From an uncultured Candidatus Saccharibacteria bacterium (GTDB taxonomy: Bacteria > Patescibacteriota > Minisyncoccia > Phycocordibacterales > WO2-35-19), in the NCBI GenBank assembly GCA_964440955.1, contig CAYTTP010000002.1, positions 18,372-82,371 on the forward strand: a stretch of 64,000 bases of DNA. Direction: 5' to 3'. Shown in pieces: positions 17,933-27,541 of this stretch. Within the stretch, counting starts at the first letter, position 1. Every line of letters starts with the position of its first letter. The position numbers and the translations under genes were made by a program. The notes under the pieces are model-generated. The model was not told where the DNA came from. It saw nothing but the letters and a program-made list of their open reading frames with translations, and did no database searches.

Positions 17933-19177
17933 ATGAAAAAGATTCTTATCATAGGTATGGTGGTGATAATCGGCGTAGCGGTATTTTTGATATATTCGCC
18001 ACTTGCGGACAATGGTGGGGGAGGAGAGAGTAGGGTCGGTTTTTCGATAAGAGACTTTTTGCCATTTGGCAAAAGCGATGACGGAGTTCAACTTACCGAC
18101 CAAAACCAAGACCAAAACACTCCCACAAGTACCAGCACTTCAACAAATATTGGGGTTATACCAAGAATAAGAAAGGTTTCCCAAGAGCCTATAGCTGGAG
18201 CAGTCATCTTTGCCCAAGGGACGACCAGTGTTGTACGTTTTGTAGAAAAAGGTACAGGCAATGTGTATGAAGCTCGTTCTGACTCAAATACTATTGAGCG
18301 GTTAACCAACACCACTATCCCTAAAATAGTACGAGCTTTTTGGTTGCCAAATGGTACGGGATTTTTGGCTCAAACTCTCGCTCCTGAGAGCGAAATAATA
18401 GAAACTCGATTTGTCAAAATAGCCCGAGCTCTCAATATAGGAGCACAAGAATCACTAACCCCTTATAACGCGACTATTTCCAATTTGCCGACCGGTATAG
18501 AAGAACTAAGTATAAGACCCGACAGTGCCAAGATATTTTATTACACCATTTCAAATTTGAACTCCGAGTGGCATATTTCAAACCCTGACGGTACAGCCGA
18601 TACTGTTGTTTATAAACATCCACTTACCGAATGGTTGCCAACCTGGCTTGATAACTCAAATATAAGCCTCCAAAGCAAACCAAGTGGTACGGAAATAGGT
18701 TATGTTTATTCATTTAATACTTCAAATGGAATTTTGAAGAAAAACGGCACTTCGGGAGCAGGCCTCCTTTCTACCCCAAAAAATATAGAAATGGAATTGG
18801 CTTCAACCGGTGGCACATCACCAAGGCTTTTTGCCATAGACAATAAAAATTTAACCTCAAAAAGTTTGGATGTGGCGACCTTGGCGGACAAATGTACTTG
18901 GTCTTCTTCCAAAACCCTAGCCGTATACTGTGCTGTCCCAAAAGAGGTTTTTAGAGCCGTCTACCCTGACGATTGGTACAAAGGATTATTAAACTTCAAT
19001 GATTCAATTTACTACATCACAATTGACCCATTATTTGTTGTTAACACTATTAACCTTTCCCAAACAACAAAAGAAATGATCGATGTGGTCGATATAAAAA
19101 TTAGTCCAACTGACGATCACCTTATTTTCAAAAACAAAGCAGATGGCTATTTATGGCTTTTGAGAATTGCCGAGTAA
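17933..19177 (+). CDS. Hypothetical membrane-anchored extracytoplasmic protein; last gene of the T4SS-like cluster
   Basis: Single N-terminal TM helix, Thr/Ser-rich linker, large beta-rich ectodomain. Confidence 0.35.
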   Translation: MKKILIIGMVVIIGVAVFLIYSPLADNGGGGESRVGFSIRDFLPFGKSDDGVQLTDQNQDQNTPTSTSTSTNIGVIPRIRKVSQEPIAGAVIFAQGTTSVVRFVEKGTGNVYEARSDSNTIERLTNTTIPKIVRAFWLPNGTGFLAQTLAPESEIIETRFVKIARALNIGAQESLTPYNATISNLPTGIEELSIRPDSAKIFYYTISNLNSEWHISNPDGTADTVVYKHPLTEWLPTWLDNSNISLQSKPSGTEIGYVYSFNTSNGILKKNGTSGAGLLSTPKNIEMELASTGGTSPRLFAIDNKNLTSKSLDVATLADKCTWSSSKTLAVYCAVPKEVFRAVYPDDWYKGLLNFNDSIYYITIDPLFVVNTINLSQTTKEMIDVVDIKISPTDDHLIFKNKADGYLWLLRIAE

Positions 19178-19870
19178 TTGCTTTTTGATATACATATCCT
19201 GGACCATGCCGGCAATATTGCTCACTATCCAATAAAGTGCGACTACGGCCGATATTTTCCACGAAACAAAAAATATAACTATTGGCATGGTGTATTTCAT
19301 TTGAGTACCAAGCACTTGGGAAAAATCTTTTGAGTCAACTGGTGTTTTTTGTCCTGAAGATGATTGCTGAACATGCATTTGAAAATATGTACTTATAGCG
19401 GCTATAATTGCAAAAATAACGCTTTTTTGAGAAACATCAATTAAACCAAATAAATACATTGAAACCGATGTTGGTATTTTTATAAAAGAATACAAAATAG
19501 CCGGGTCAATGGTAGGCAAACCAGAGCGATAAAAAATATGATAAAGAGAGTAGATGACTGGTATTTGAATAAAAAGAGTAACTAAACCTGAAAAAGGGTT
19601 TATGTTGTTTATTTTATAAAATTCCATTACTTTGACAGCCTGTTCTTGAGTATCGGGATATTTCTTTTTTATTTCGGCCAATTCTCCTTCTTTTTGTTTC
19701 ATTATAAGCTGAGTAAGGGAAGTTTTTTTTGAAAGAGGGTAGAGAATTATTTTTACCAAAACAGTCAGAATAATGACTGCGATACCAACATCAACAAAAG
19801 GAATATTCAAAAGAAGAATAAGAGCGTTATAAAGGGGGATATACACAATTGTCTTTAAAAAAGAAATCAT
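19151..19870 (-). CDS. yidC: YidC/Oxa1-family membrane protein insertase (short form)
   Basis: Polytopic protein with a conserved YidC core; rnpA-yidC synteny. Confidence 0.8.
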   Translation of the reverse strand: MISFLKTIVYIPLYNALILLLNIPFVDVGIAVIILTVLVKIILYPLSKKTSLTQLIMKQKEGELAEIKKKYPDTQEQAVKVMEFYKINNINPFSGLVTLFIQIPVIYSLYHIFYRSGLPTIDPAILYSFIKIPTSVSMYLFGLIDVSQKSVIFAIIAAISTYFQMHVQQSSSGQKTPVDSKDFSQVLGTQMKYTMPIVIFFVSWKISAVVALYWIVSNIAGMVQDMYIKKQLLGNSQKP

Positions 19871-20199
19871 TTTAAGTTTTGTATTTTTGTAATAATAGCA
19901 TGAACTTCCTTTTTAACCTCATCAATACGCTCAGGTATCTTCCTAAAGGAAAAAACAACCATAACTGGATTATTTAAAGTTTCAATTATTCCCGAAACAG
20001 CGCGGTAGCCAGCCCGGCGCATTTTGTTTCTTAATACTGCCTTTTTTGATATTTTTTTTGATATCGAAAAGCAAATTCGAGAGTGTTTTTCGTTTGATTT
20101 AGAAAAACGAGCAAAAAAAATAGGGGTATTTAAAAATTGATTGGAGTCATAAACAGTCTTGAAGGACTTCTTGGGTATCCTATATTTTTTGCTTATCAT
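19867..20199 (-). CDS. rnpA: Ribonuclease P protein component
   Basis: Basic 110-aa protein placed between rpmH and yidC; FSISKKISKKAVLRNKMRR motif. Confidence 0.75.
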   Translation of the reverse strand: MISKKYRIPKKSFKTVYDSNQFLNTPIFFARFSKSNEKHSRICFSISKKISKKAVLRNKMRRAGYRAVSGIIETLNNPVMVVFSFRKIPERIDEVKKEVHAIITKIQNLK

Positions 20200-20206
20200 A
20201 AAAGCT

Positions 20207-20341
20207 TTATACTGAAAGCTTTTTTCGGCCTTTTTGGCGACGACGTTTCAAGACTTTTTTGCCATTTGCTGATTTGCTTCTCTTTAGAAAACCGTGAGTT
20301 TTTGCTCGCTTTTTCTTTTTTGGTTGATAGGTTGTTGACAT
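20207..20341 (-). CDS. rpmH: 50S ribosomal protein L34
   Basis: Hand translation of the minus strand gives [44 protein letters not shown] (44 aa). It is absent from the ORF track because it falls below the 60-aa cut-off. Confidence 0.8.
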   Translation of the reverse strand: MSTTYQPKKKKRAKTHGFLKRSKSANGKKVLKRRRQKGRKKLSV

Positions 20342-20451
20342 GTTTTTATTTTACTTGCCGGTTAAATTTTCAACTAGTTATAAACACATTATAAACACAT
20401 TTAGTTACAAATACAAGTTTCCTAAAAAAGTTTTGAATATATAATACCTCC
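20342..20451. promoter_or_regulatory. oriC-flanking region upstream of dnaA
   Basis: Tandem TTATAAACACA x2 (20378-20399) and a divergent rpmH/dnaA promoter region. Confidence 0.4.
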
Positions 20452-21795
20452 ATGGACACCAAGGAACTATGGAACAACGTTCTTCTTGAAATAGAGACAT
20501 CTGTTTCGAAAGCGAATTTTGCGACATGGTTCAAAGAAACAAAGATCTCTGGTTTTGAAGATGGTACCGTTTATCTTTCGGTCCCAAACACTTTCGTTCA
20601 GGAATGGCTTACAAAAAAATTCCACCCCCTTATTTTAAAGCTACTTAGGCAATCGTCTGAGTCAATACACGCCTTAGAGTATGTAATCAAAGAGGAGAGT
20701 AAACAAAAAAACCAATATATTCCAACAAAAAATACCACTATAGCAAAAGAATTGCCGCTTGCTGAACATTATATAAACAAAGAGGATAACTTAAACCCTC
20801 GTTATACTTTTGAGTCTTTTGTGGTTGGCCCGTTCAACGAACTTGCTTATGCAGCCGCTCAAGCTGTTATAAAAAGCCCAGGCATTGCTTATAATCCATT
20901 TTTCATTTACGGCAGTACCGGACACGGCAAAACACACCTCATTCAAGCCATAGGGAACGCTGTTAAAGCCAAAGATCCGTCAAAAAAAATATTTTATTTC
21001 ACTACTGAAAAATTCACTAGCGACTACACAAATTCAGTTCAAGCCAATAAAGTCGAACAATTTAAGGAGAAATATCGAAAATACGACATGATAATTATGG
21101 ACGATGTTCAATTTCTATCTGGTAAAGAAAAAACCCAAGAGGAATTGTTCCATCTTTTCAATATAATGAAAGATAATAACAAACACGTTGTCTTTTCTTG
21201 CGATAAACACCCAAATTTCGTGACCGGACTCGAGGACAGGCTTAAATCTCGGTTTTCAGCCGGAATGGTTATTGATATTCCAGCCCCAGACCATGAATCA
21301 AGAGTGGCAATAATAAAATCAAAATGTTCTTCTATAAACCTATTTTTATCAGATGATGTTATTGACTATTTGGCTGATTCAATAAAAGGTAATATTCGAG
21401 ACTTAGAGGGGGTAATAAACCTAATAGTCTGCCAAACCGAAACAAAAAATAGAACCTTAAATCTAAACGAAGTAAAAGAATTGGTAAAAAATAGTATTAA
21501 ACAAAAAAAGTTACTTTCCTATAAAGAGGTAATAAAAATAATTTCTGACTTCTATAAAATAGAAGAAGAAACAATATACGAAAAAACTAGAAAAAAAGAG
21601 GTTATAAAACCTAGACAAATAATAATGTATATTCTAAGAGAGGATTTTAGTATTTCTTATCCATCAATAGGGGAGAAGCTTGGTGGTCGCGATCACACCA
21701 CAGTGATACATTCATGTGAAAAAATAAAAAAAGACATGAAAGTTGATATGTTACTCCTAAAAGAGATTCAGGAGATACGTTCAATGATAAGTTGA
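20452..21795 (+). CDS. dnaA: Chromosomal replication initiator DnaA
   Basis: AAA+ motifs GSTGHGKTHL and IIMDDVQFL; C-terminal DNA-binding helix-turn-helix. Confidence 0.95.
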   Translation: MDTKELWNNVLLEIETSVSKANFATWFKETKISGFEDGTVYLSVPNTFVQEWLTKKFHPLILKLLRQSSESIHALEYVIKEESKQKNQYIPTKNTTIAKELPLAEHYINKEDNLNPRYTFESFVVGPFNELAYAAAQAVIKSPGIAYNPFFIYGSTGHGKTHLIQAIGNAVKAKDPSKKIFYFTTEKFTSDYTNSVQANKVEQFKEKYRKYDMIIMDDVQFLSGKEKTQEELFHLFNIMKDNNKHVVFSCDKHPNFVTGLEDRLKSRFSAGMVIDIPAPDHESRVAIIKSKCSSINLFLSDDVIDYLADSIKGNIRDLEGVINLIVCQTETKNRTLNLNEVKELVKNSIKQKKLLSYKEVIKIISDFYKIEEETIYEKTRKKEVIKPRQIIMYILREDFSISYPSIGEKLGGRDHTTVIHSCEKIKKDMKVDMLLLKEIQEIRSMIS

Positions 21796-21997
21796 TAAGT
21801 TGTTGATTGATTGAGGAATAGTAATGGAAAAGTAAATTAAAAAGTTGATAATTTTTAAAAAATAAAAAACTAAAAAATTATTATCAACAAATATCCACAT
21901 GATATTTTTAAAAAAATTCCAAAAAACGTTCAGATATAAGCAGATAAAGTAGAATTCCCCAAATCCACAGATTATATGAACTAAAAAAATAAATTAA
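21796..21997. promoter_or_regulatory. Candidate oriC: DnaA-box cluster plus an AT-rich unwinding element between dnaA and dnaN
   Basis: TTATCAACA (21881), TATCCACA (21892), AAATCCACA (21961), TTGATAAG/TTGATAAT reverse boxes (21792, 21844), A/T-only run at 21851-21880. Confidence 0.6.
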
Positions 21998-23098
21998 ATG
22001 AAAATAAAAACAAACAAACAAAAAATAGAATCCGGGGTACAAAAAGCTTCTCGAGTAGCTAATAAACATCTTACTCTTCCAGTATTATCGTGTGTTTATT
22101 TGGAAGCGTTAGCCTCTGGTAAATTGGTTATAAAATCAACCAATTTAGATGTCGGTATTGAAATAGAGCTTGAAGTTAAAACAGTTGAACAGGGAGTGGC
22201 TGCTGTACCAGCTCAAATATTTTTAAATGTTCTTTCTTCGATAAAAGAAGATGAAATAACAATCGAAACAAAGGATAACAATATACTTATTTCATCAAAT
22301 AAAAACTCAGCAACTATTAAATGTCTTCCTTATGAGGATTTTCCAACAATACCAATATTAGAAAGTTCTAATGTTTTACAAATAAATAGCAGGGATTTAT
22401 TAGCTGGTTTTAAGTCGGTTTGGTATAGTGCCTCTGTTTCAGCTATTAAACCAGAATTAAGTAGTGTCTTTTTATATAAAGATGGTGAAAATTTAGTTTT
22501 TGCTTCTACAGACTCATTTAGGTTGGCAGAAAAAAAGGTTCACAATTCTTCAAATGTTGAAATTCCACAACTTTTAATACCATCAAAAAACGTTTCCGAA
22601 ATAATAAAGCTTTTTGAAGATCTTGGCGATGATATAAATGTTGTTTTTGAAAAAAATCAAATCGCTTTTATCGCTAAAGATATATATTTAGTCTCTAGGT
22701 TGGTTGAAGGAAATTTCCCTGACTATAAACAAATAATACCTAAAAATTTTACTTCAAGTGTTACTGTTTTGAAAAATGACTTTATAAACTCAATAAAAAC
22801 TTCAAATATATTTTCTGACACTCTTCATCAGGTTAAATTATCGGTCGTACCAAACGAAAAAGCTTTGTTTGTTGAATCAAAAAATAATGATGTTGGTGAG
22901 TATAAGGAATCAATCAATGCTTCTATAACTGGAGACGCTTTAGAATTAAATTTTAACAACAAATATATTATTGATTGCATGCAATCAATAGTATCGGATA
23001 GTATCGTTTTAAATTTTGCCGGAATGGGTAAACCTTTATTGATTGAAGGTGTCTCAAAAAATGGGTTTAGCTATATAGTTATGCCAATGAATAGATAA
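21998..23098 (+). CDS. dnaN: DNA polymerase III beta sliding clamp
   Basis: 366 aa with three-domain clamp conservation; directly downstream of dnaA. Confidence 0.9.
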   Translation: MKIKTNKQKIESGVQKASRVANKHLTLPVLSCVYLEALASGKLVIKSTNLDVGIEIELEVKTVEQGVAAVPAQIFLNVLSSIKEDEITIETKDNNILISSNKNSATIKCLPYEDFPTIPILESSNVLQINSRDLLAGFKSVWYSASVSAIKPELSSVFLYKDGENLVFASTDSFRLAEKKVHNSSNVEIPQLLIPSKNVSEIIKLFEDLGDDINVVFEKNQIAFIAKDIYLVSRLVEGNFPDYKQIIPKNFTSSVTVLKNDFINSIKTSNIFSDTLHQVKLSVVPNEKALFVESKNNDVGEYKESINASITGDALELNFNNKYIIDCMQSIVSDSIVLNFAGMGKPLLIEGVSKNGFSYIVMPMNR

Positions 23099-23099
23099 T

Positions 23100-23348
23100 A
23101 TGCTTGATATATCAAACTTTTTTCAGAAGTTTTTAAATCTTGAACTCTCAGTACGAGCCAAGCAAAAAATTATCATTGAAACAATAAAGGAAATTACCAA
23201 TATTGAACTTAAAAATGATCACTTTGAGTTGAAGGAAAATTATTTAAAATTAAAGGTAAATCCGGTTTTTAGAAACGAGATTTTTATGTATAAAGCCCAG
23301 ATTGAAGAATCTCTAAGGTTAAAAAAGATATTTATATCTGTTTTATAG
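23100..23348 (+). CDS. DUF721/DciA-like small protein
   Basis: 82 aa, positioned directly after dnaN; loose match to the DUF721 pattern (LKLKVNPVFRNEIFMYKAQIEESL). Confidence 0.3.
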   Translation: MLDISNFFQKFLNLELSVRAKQKIIIETIKEITNIELKNDHFELKENYLKLKVNPVFRNEIFMYKAQIEESLRLKKIFISVL

Positions 23349-25496
23349 AGAAAAGCTTTGTATATTGGCAAAGTTGTTCAATTCAGCCCATTTTCTTACA
23401 CCATATTCCCAATGGTCAAATTGAGGGTCGTTTTCAGGATTATTAGGAAAGTCTCCTCGAGGGTCGTCTTTGTTTACCCACTCCAATATCGAGTGTACTC
23501 CTCCTACCACCTTATTTCCTTCTCGTTTGCCACCTTGCCAAATACCGGTCAAAACTGGTTTAAGGGTGTTTGGGTCTTCTAAAAGAGGTTTCTCAAAACT
23601 TTCTACTGGCATTTCATTGAGAGCTTGATCCATAAAAGCTCGCCACATCGGTGCAACAATAAAACCTGCTACTCTTTTTTCCATCGAACTATTATCGTTG
23701 TTTCCTACCCAAGCACCCACTGCAATCCTTGGTGTATAACCCATTATCCAAGCATCACGATAGTCATTGGTGGTACCGGTTTTTACTGCAACATCATTTC
23801 GGCCGTCAAAATGAAGTACCGAGCTTTGTCCATAAGCTGGTGCGCGGGCTATGTTATCGGAGAGGATGTCTGAAATTTTAAGCGCCACCTCTTTTGGTAA
23901 AACTTCCGAAGATTTTAATTCATATTTTTCCAAAACCTCTCCATTTTTATCTTTTATTTCTGATACTGAATGAATTTCATGCTTCACTCCACTATTTGCA
24001 AATACTGAGTAGGCACCAGTAAGCTCAAGGGGAGTCACTTCGCCACCTCCAAGCACTAGGGTCAAACCATAGTCACCACTATCTTTAAGTGAATTTATAC
24101 CCATGTCTTGCGCAAGTTCGATAGACTCATGAAGTCCGGCTAGATACAAGGTTTTTACTGATGGTATGTTTAGTGATTGAGCTAAGGCACTACGTAAAGT
24201 GACTGGTCCTCTAAAAATATTGTCGTAGTTTTGTGGCGCATAACAGCCGTTTTCCATGGTGAAATTGTCCCTAGCACAAGAAGTTGAAAATTGAGTTTGA
24301 ACATCGAAGAGCACTGTCTCCGGAGTAAAGCCTTTTTTGAAAGCTTGGGAGTAAACAAACGGCTTGATGGTCGAACCCGGCTGTCTTTTGGCTGTTGTTA
24401 CATTGAAAGCACCATCTATTTCCTTGTCAAAATAGTCGCGCGATCCAACCATGGTAAGTATACCGCCGGTTTTTGGATCAATAGCAACAATCGCTGCATT
24501 TTCAGCATTGAATTTTTGTTGGTTTTCTAGAGCATAGTCGTGAGCTATCCTTTGGGCTTTTTCTTGAAGAGTGTAGTTTAGAGTGGTGGTTACTCGCAAG
24601 CCTCCAGTATTTATTATTTCATCACCATATTTTTCACGGATATAATCAAGAACGTAAAACACAAAATGAGGAGCTTTTATGCCATCATCATTTTTTGGTA
24701 AAAATTCTACATTCTCTTCTTTGGCGCTATTGTACTCAGCTTCATTTATAAGAGAATTTTCTAACATCTCCTTCAATACCAAATTTTTACGATCATTAAG
24801 TTTTTCTTTATTTTTACCGTAGGGTGAATAAAAAGTCGGTGCTTTTGGGATGGCAGCCAAATAAGCCGCTTCAGCTAAAGTCACGTCAGATGATGGTTTG
24901 CCAAAAAATGCTTGGCTCGCTTCCTCAACCCCATAAATAACACCCCCATAAGGTATTTCGTTCAAATACATGGAAAGTATTTCTTCTTTGGTTACCACTT
25001 TTTCAAGTCTTATCGCAAGGACCCACTCTTTTATTTTTCTTGCTGGCCCACCAAAAAGACTTTTATCACCAGTGAGGAGTGAGTTTTTTACTACTTGTTG
25101 GGTGATGGTTGAACCACCCTGACTAAATTCTAGCGATAACAAGTTGGCGAGCACGGCGCGCATAAATGACGAAATTTTTATTCCGTTGTGGGTATAAAAC
25201 GACTTGTCTTCGATAGCAATCGTTGCATTTTGAATATTTTTTGAAATTTCGGATATAGGTACGACACTTCGCCTGACATTGCCTCCAGTGTCATAAAGGA
25301 GGATATTGCCAGTCGAATCGTATACTTTGGTTGATTCGCTTACTCTTCGCTCACGAATCGAGTCGGAAGTGGGGACTTTAAAATTGCTTATCCAAAAAGC
25401 GACAATGGAGCCCACTATTAAAATAAGGGAAGAAATAAGCATGAGGCTTGTTTGAACAAGTTGTTTATGCTTTTTAAAAAATTGTTTTATTTGCAT
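23343..25496 (-). CDS. Class A penicillin-binding protein (transglycosylase plus transpeptidase), PBP1A-like
   Basis: GT51 motifs EDKSFYTHNG and GGSTITQQ; transpeptidase motifs STIKPF, SxN and KTG. Confidence 0.9.
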   Translation of the reverse strand: MQIKQFFKKHKQLVQTSLMLISSLILIVGSIVAFWISNFKVPTSDSIRERRVSESTKVYDSTGNILLYDTGGNVRRSVVPISEISKNIQNATIAIEDKSFYTHNGIKISSFMRAVLANLLSLEFSQGGSTITQQVVKNSLLTGDKSLFGGPARKIKEWVLAIRLEKVVTKEEILSMYLNEIPYGGVIYGVEEASQAFFGKPSSDVTLAEAAYLAAIPKAPTFYSPYGKNKEKLNDRKNLVLKEMLENSLINEAEYNSAKEENVEFLPKNDDGIKAPHFVFYVLDYIREKYGDEIINTGGLRVTTTLNYTLQEKAQRIAHDYALENQQKFNAENAAIVAIDPKTGGILTMVGSRDYFDKEIDGAFNVTTAKRQPGSTIKPFVYSQAFKKGFTPETVLFDVQTQFSTSCARDNFTMENGCYAPQNYDNIFRGPVTLRSALAQSLNIPSVKTLYLAGLHESIELAQDMGINSLKDSGDYGLTLVLGGGEVTPLELTGAYSVFANSGVKHEIHSVSEIKDKNGEVLEKYELKSSEVLPKEVALKISDILSDNIARAPAYGQSSVLHFDGRNDVAVKTGTTNDYRDAWIMGYTPRIAVGAWVGNNDNSSMEKRVAGFIVAPMWRAFMDQALNEMPVESFEKPLLEDPNTLKPVLTGIWQGGKREGNKVVGGVHSILEWVNKDDPRGDFPNNPENDPQFDHWEYGVRKWAELNNFANIQSFSL

Positions 25497-25541
25497 GAGT
25501 CTTATTATGCCAAAAATGGGGAATTATGGTAGAGTTTTGTT

Positions 25542-26723
25542 ATGGAAGACAAAATAGATGAATTATTGAATAGGGGAACAGAAGAAATTTTTGTTAGAGA
25601 GCATCTCAAGGAAGCTTTACTAAGCGGTAAAGAGTTGCGGGTTAAATTTGGGATAGACCCTACTGGTCCAGCAATTCACTTAGGTAGAGCTATTCCTTTA
25701 CGGAAATTAAAAGCTTTTCAAGATTTGGGGCATAAGGCTGTTTTAATAATTGGTGATTTTACTGCTAAAATTGCTGACCCTTCTGATAAACTGGAAAAAA
25801 GGCCAATGCTTACTGATGAAGAAATACAAAAAAATCTTAAAGATTATCTATCTCAAGTTGGTAAAATAATTGATTTGTCTAAAACAGAAATTCACTATAA
25901 TTCGGAGTGGTTAGCAACAATGAGTTACATAGAGTCTGGGAAGCTCCTAGAATGTTTTAGTGTTCAACAGATGATAAAGAGGCGAAATTTTAAAGAAAGA
26001 ATGGAAAGAAATGAGGATGTTTTTGTTGTCGAACTTATTTACCCGGCTCTTCAAGGATATGACAGTTTTAAGGTGTCAGCCGATGTAGAGATTGGTGGTT
26101 TTGATCAGTTGTTTAATTTAAAAGCAGGAAGAACTGTACAAAAAAGATATGGACAGAAAGAACAAGATATAATGACAATGTCTATGTTGGTTGGCACTGA
26201 TGGTAGAAAAATGTCATCATCTTGGGGTAATATAATATCTCTTTTAGATAGTAAAGATGAAATGTTTAGCAAAATAATGACAATCAAGGATGATTTGATT
26301 TTTCAATATTTTACTTTATGCACCGATTTGTCTATGGTAGAAATCGAACGTTTTGAGAATGAGATGAAAAATGGTGAAAATCCAAAAAACATTAAGTTAA
26401 GGTTGGCCAATGAGATAGTCAAAATGTATCACGGAGAAGAAGCAGCTAAAGAAGCGGAGGAGAATTTTGAAAAAACTTTTTCTAAAGGTGAATTTCCAGA
26501 AGATGCTCAAAAAATTGAAGCCGAAAAAGAGGCAAAGCTGTCGGATGTTTTGTTGCGAGAAAAATTGGTAGATTCAAAGTCAGAATATCAACGGTTAGTT
26601 GAAGCTGGAGCTATCACTCAAATACCCGATAAAAAAATAACCGATATTTATGAGCTGGTTGGGGATGGGGAGCGGAAAATAAAAATAGGTAAAAAGACTT
26701 TCTTGATTTTGAAGGGTAAGTAA
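25542..26723 (+). CDS. tyrS: Tyrosyl-tRNA synthetase
   Basis: Class I HIGH-like motif (PTGPAIHLG) and a KMSKS-like motif (KMSSSWGN); C-terminal S4-like domain. Confidence 0.8.
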   Translation: MEDKIDELLNRGTEEIFVREHLKEALLSGKELRVKFGIDPTGPAIHLGRAIPLRKLKAFQDLGHKAVLIIGDFTAKIADPSDKLEKRPMLTDEEIQKNLKDYLSQVGKIIDLSKTEIHYNSEWLATMSYIESGKLLECFSVQQMIKRRNFKERMERNEDVFVVELIYPALQGYDSFKVSADVEIGGFDQLFNLKAGRTVQKRYGQKEQDIMTMSMLVGTDGRKMSSSWGNIISLLDSKDEMFSKIMTIKDDLIFQYFTLCTDLSMVEIERFENEMKNGENPKNIKLRLANEIVKMYHGEEAAKEAEENFEKTFSKGEFPEDAQKIEAEKEAKLSDVLLREKLVDSKSEYQRLVEAGAITQIPDKKITDIYELVGDGERKIKIGKKTFLILKGK

Positions 26724-26740
26724 CCTAAATCATCTAAAAC

Positions 26741-26778
26741 AAAAACCACCACGTCAGACGTGGTGGTTTTTGTTTTAT
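26741..26778. terminator. Bidirectional rho-independent terminator (ACCACCACGTC-AGA-CGTGGTGGT followed by a T-tract)
   Basis: 11-bp perfect stem followed by TTTTTGTTTT. Confidence 0.65.
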
Positions 26779-26784
26779 TACACC

Positions 26785-26970
26785 CTACTCACTATCTCCT
26801 TCTACATCTTCCTCCCCCTCTTCTTCATCATCACTTTCTACTCCTTCTACATCCCCCTCCTCAAGATCATCTTCGGTTTCTGGTAAGTTTATAACCTCTT
26901 TCTCATCGTCTTGCATAGAATATTTATTATATTTTTTAATTCCGTTTGAACGGTGAATACTTTTTAACAT
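26785..26970 (-). CDS. Small highly acidic hypothetical protein
   Basis: 61-aa ORF with a D/E-rich tail; coding status uncertain. Confidence 0.2.
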   Translation of the reverse strand: MLKSIHRSNGIKKYNKYSMQDDEKEVINLPETEDDLEEGDVEGVESDDEEEGEEDVEGDSE

Positions 26971-26994
26971 TCTCGTTTTTAAAATGCAATAACC

Positions 26995-27513
26995 CTACAA
27001 ATTTCTTGTGGATAAAATGGTGGCTGATGATGTAAGAGCTATCGCGATCGCGTCGTATTCATCGTCTATTTTTTTGTCATTTTTGGTTAGGCGCAAAATC
27101 TTTCTGACCATGTCTATCACCTGGTTTTTATCGCTTTTGCCATAGCCAGTGACCGCTAGTTTTACTTGATTTGGGTTGTACTCCCTCACTTCGACTCCAT
27201 ACTCAGCTCCTTTTTGTAGTATCACGCCACGCACTTCGGCGACCATGAGTGCGGTCTTTACATTTTTGCTGAATAAAAGATTCTCGACTGCAAGTATTGC
27301 TGGATTGTATTTTTTAAAGATTCGATCGAGCTTTTTGGCTACTAGATTTAGGCGTTCTGGGTGGGGGATTTTGGCTTCTGTTTCAAAACACTCGGAATGA
27401 ATTAAGTTGTCACCAATATTTGTTTTTTCAATCACCGCAATCCCTAGTCGGCCATAACCGGGGTCGATACCCAATATAAATGAATTATGAATTATGAATT
27501 TTGAATTATGCAT
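26995..27513 (-). CDS. ruvC: Holliday junction resolvase RuvC
   Basis: ILGIDPGYGRLGIAVIE catalytic motif. The first 11 codons are supplied by an AT-rich repeat, so the true start may lie a few codons downstream. Confidence 0.85.
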   Translation of the reverse strand: MHNSKFIIHNSFILGIDPGYGRLGIAVIEKTNIGDNLIHSECFETEAKIPHPERLNLVAKKLDRIFKKYNPAILAVENLLFSKNVKTALMVAEVRGVILQKGAEYGVEVREYNPNQVKLAVTGYGKSDKNQVIDMVRKILRLTKNDKKIDDEYDAIAIALTSSATILSTRNL

Positions 27514-27541
27514 AATTCTTGATTCTCAATTCATTATTCAG
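27478..27541. repeat. AT-rich inverted-repeat pair between yebC and ruvC
   Basis: TGAATTATGAATTATGAATTTTGAATTATG / CATAATTCTTGATTCTCAATTCATTATTCA; it supplies the first codons of ruvC. Confidence 0.6.
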
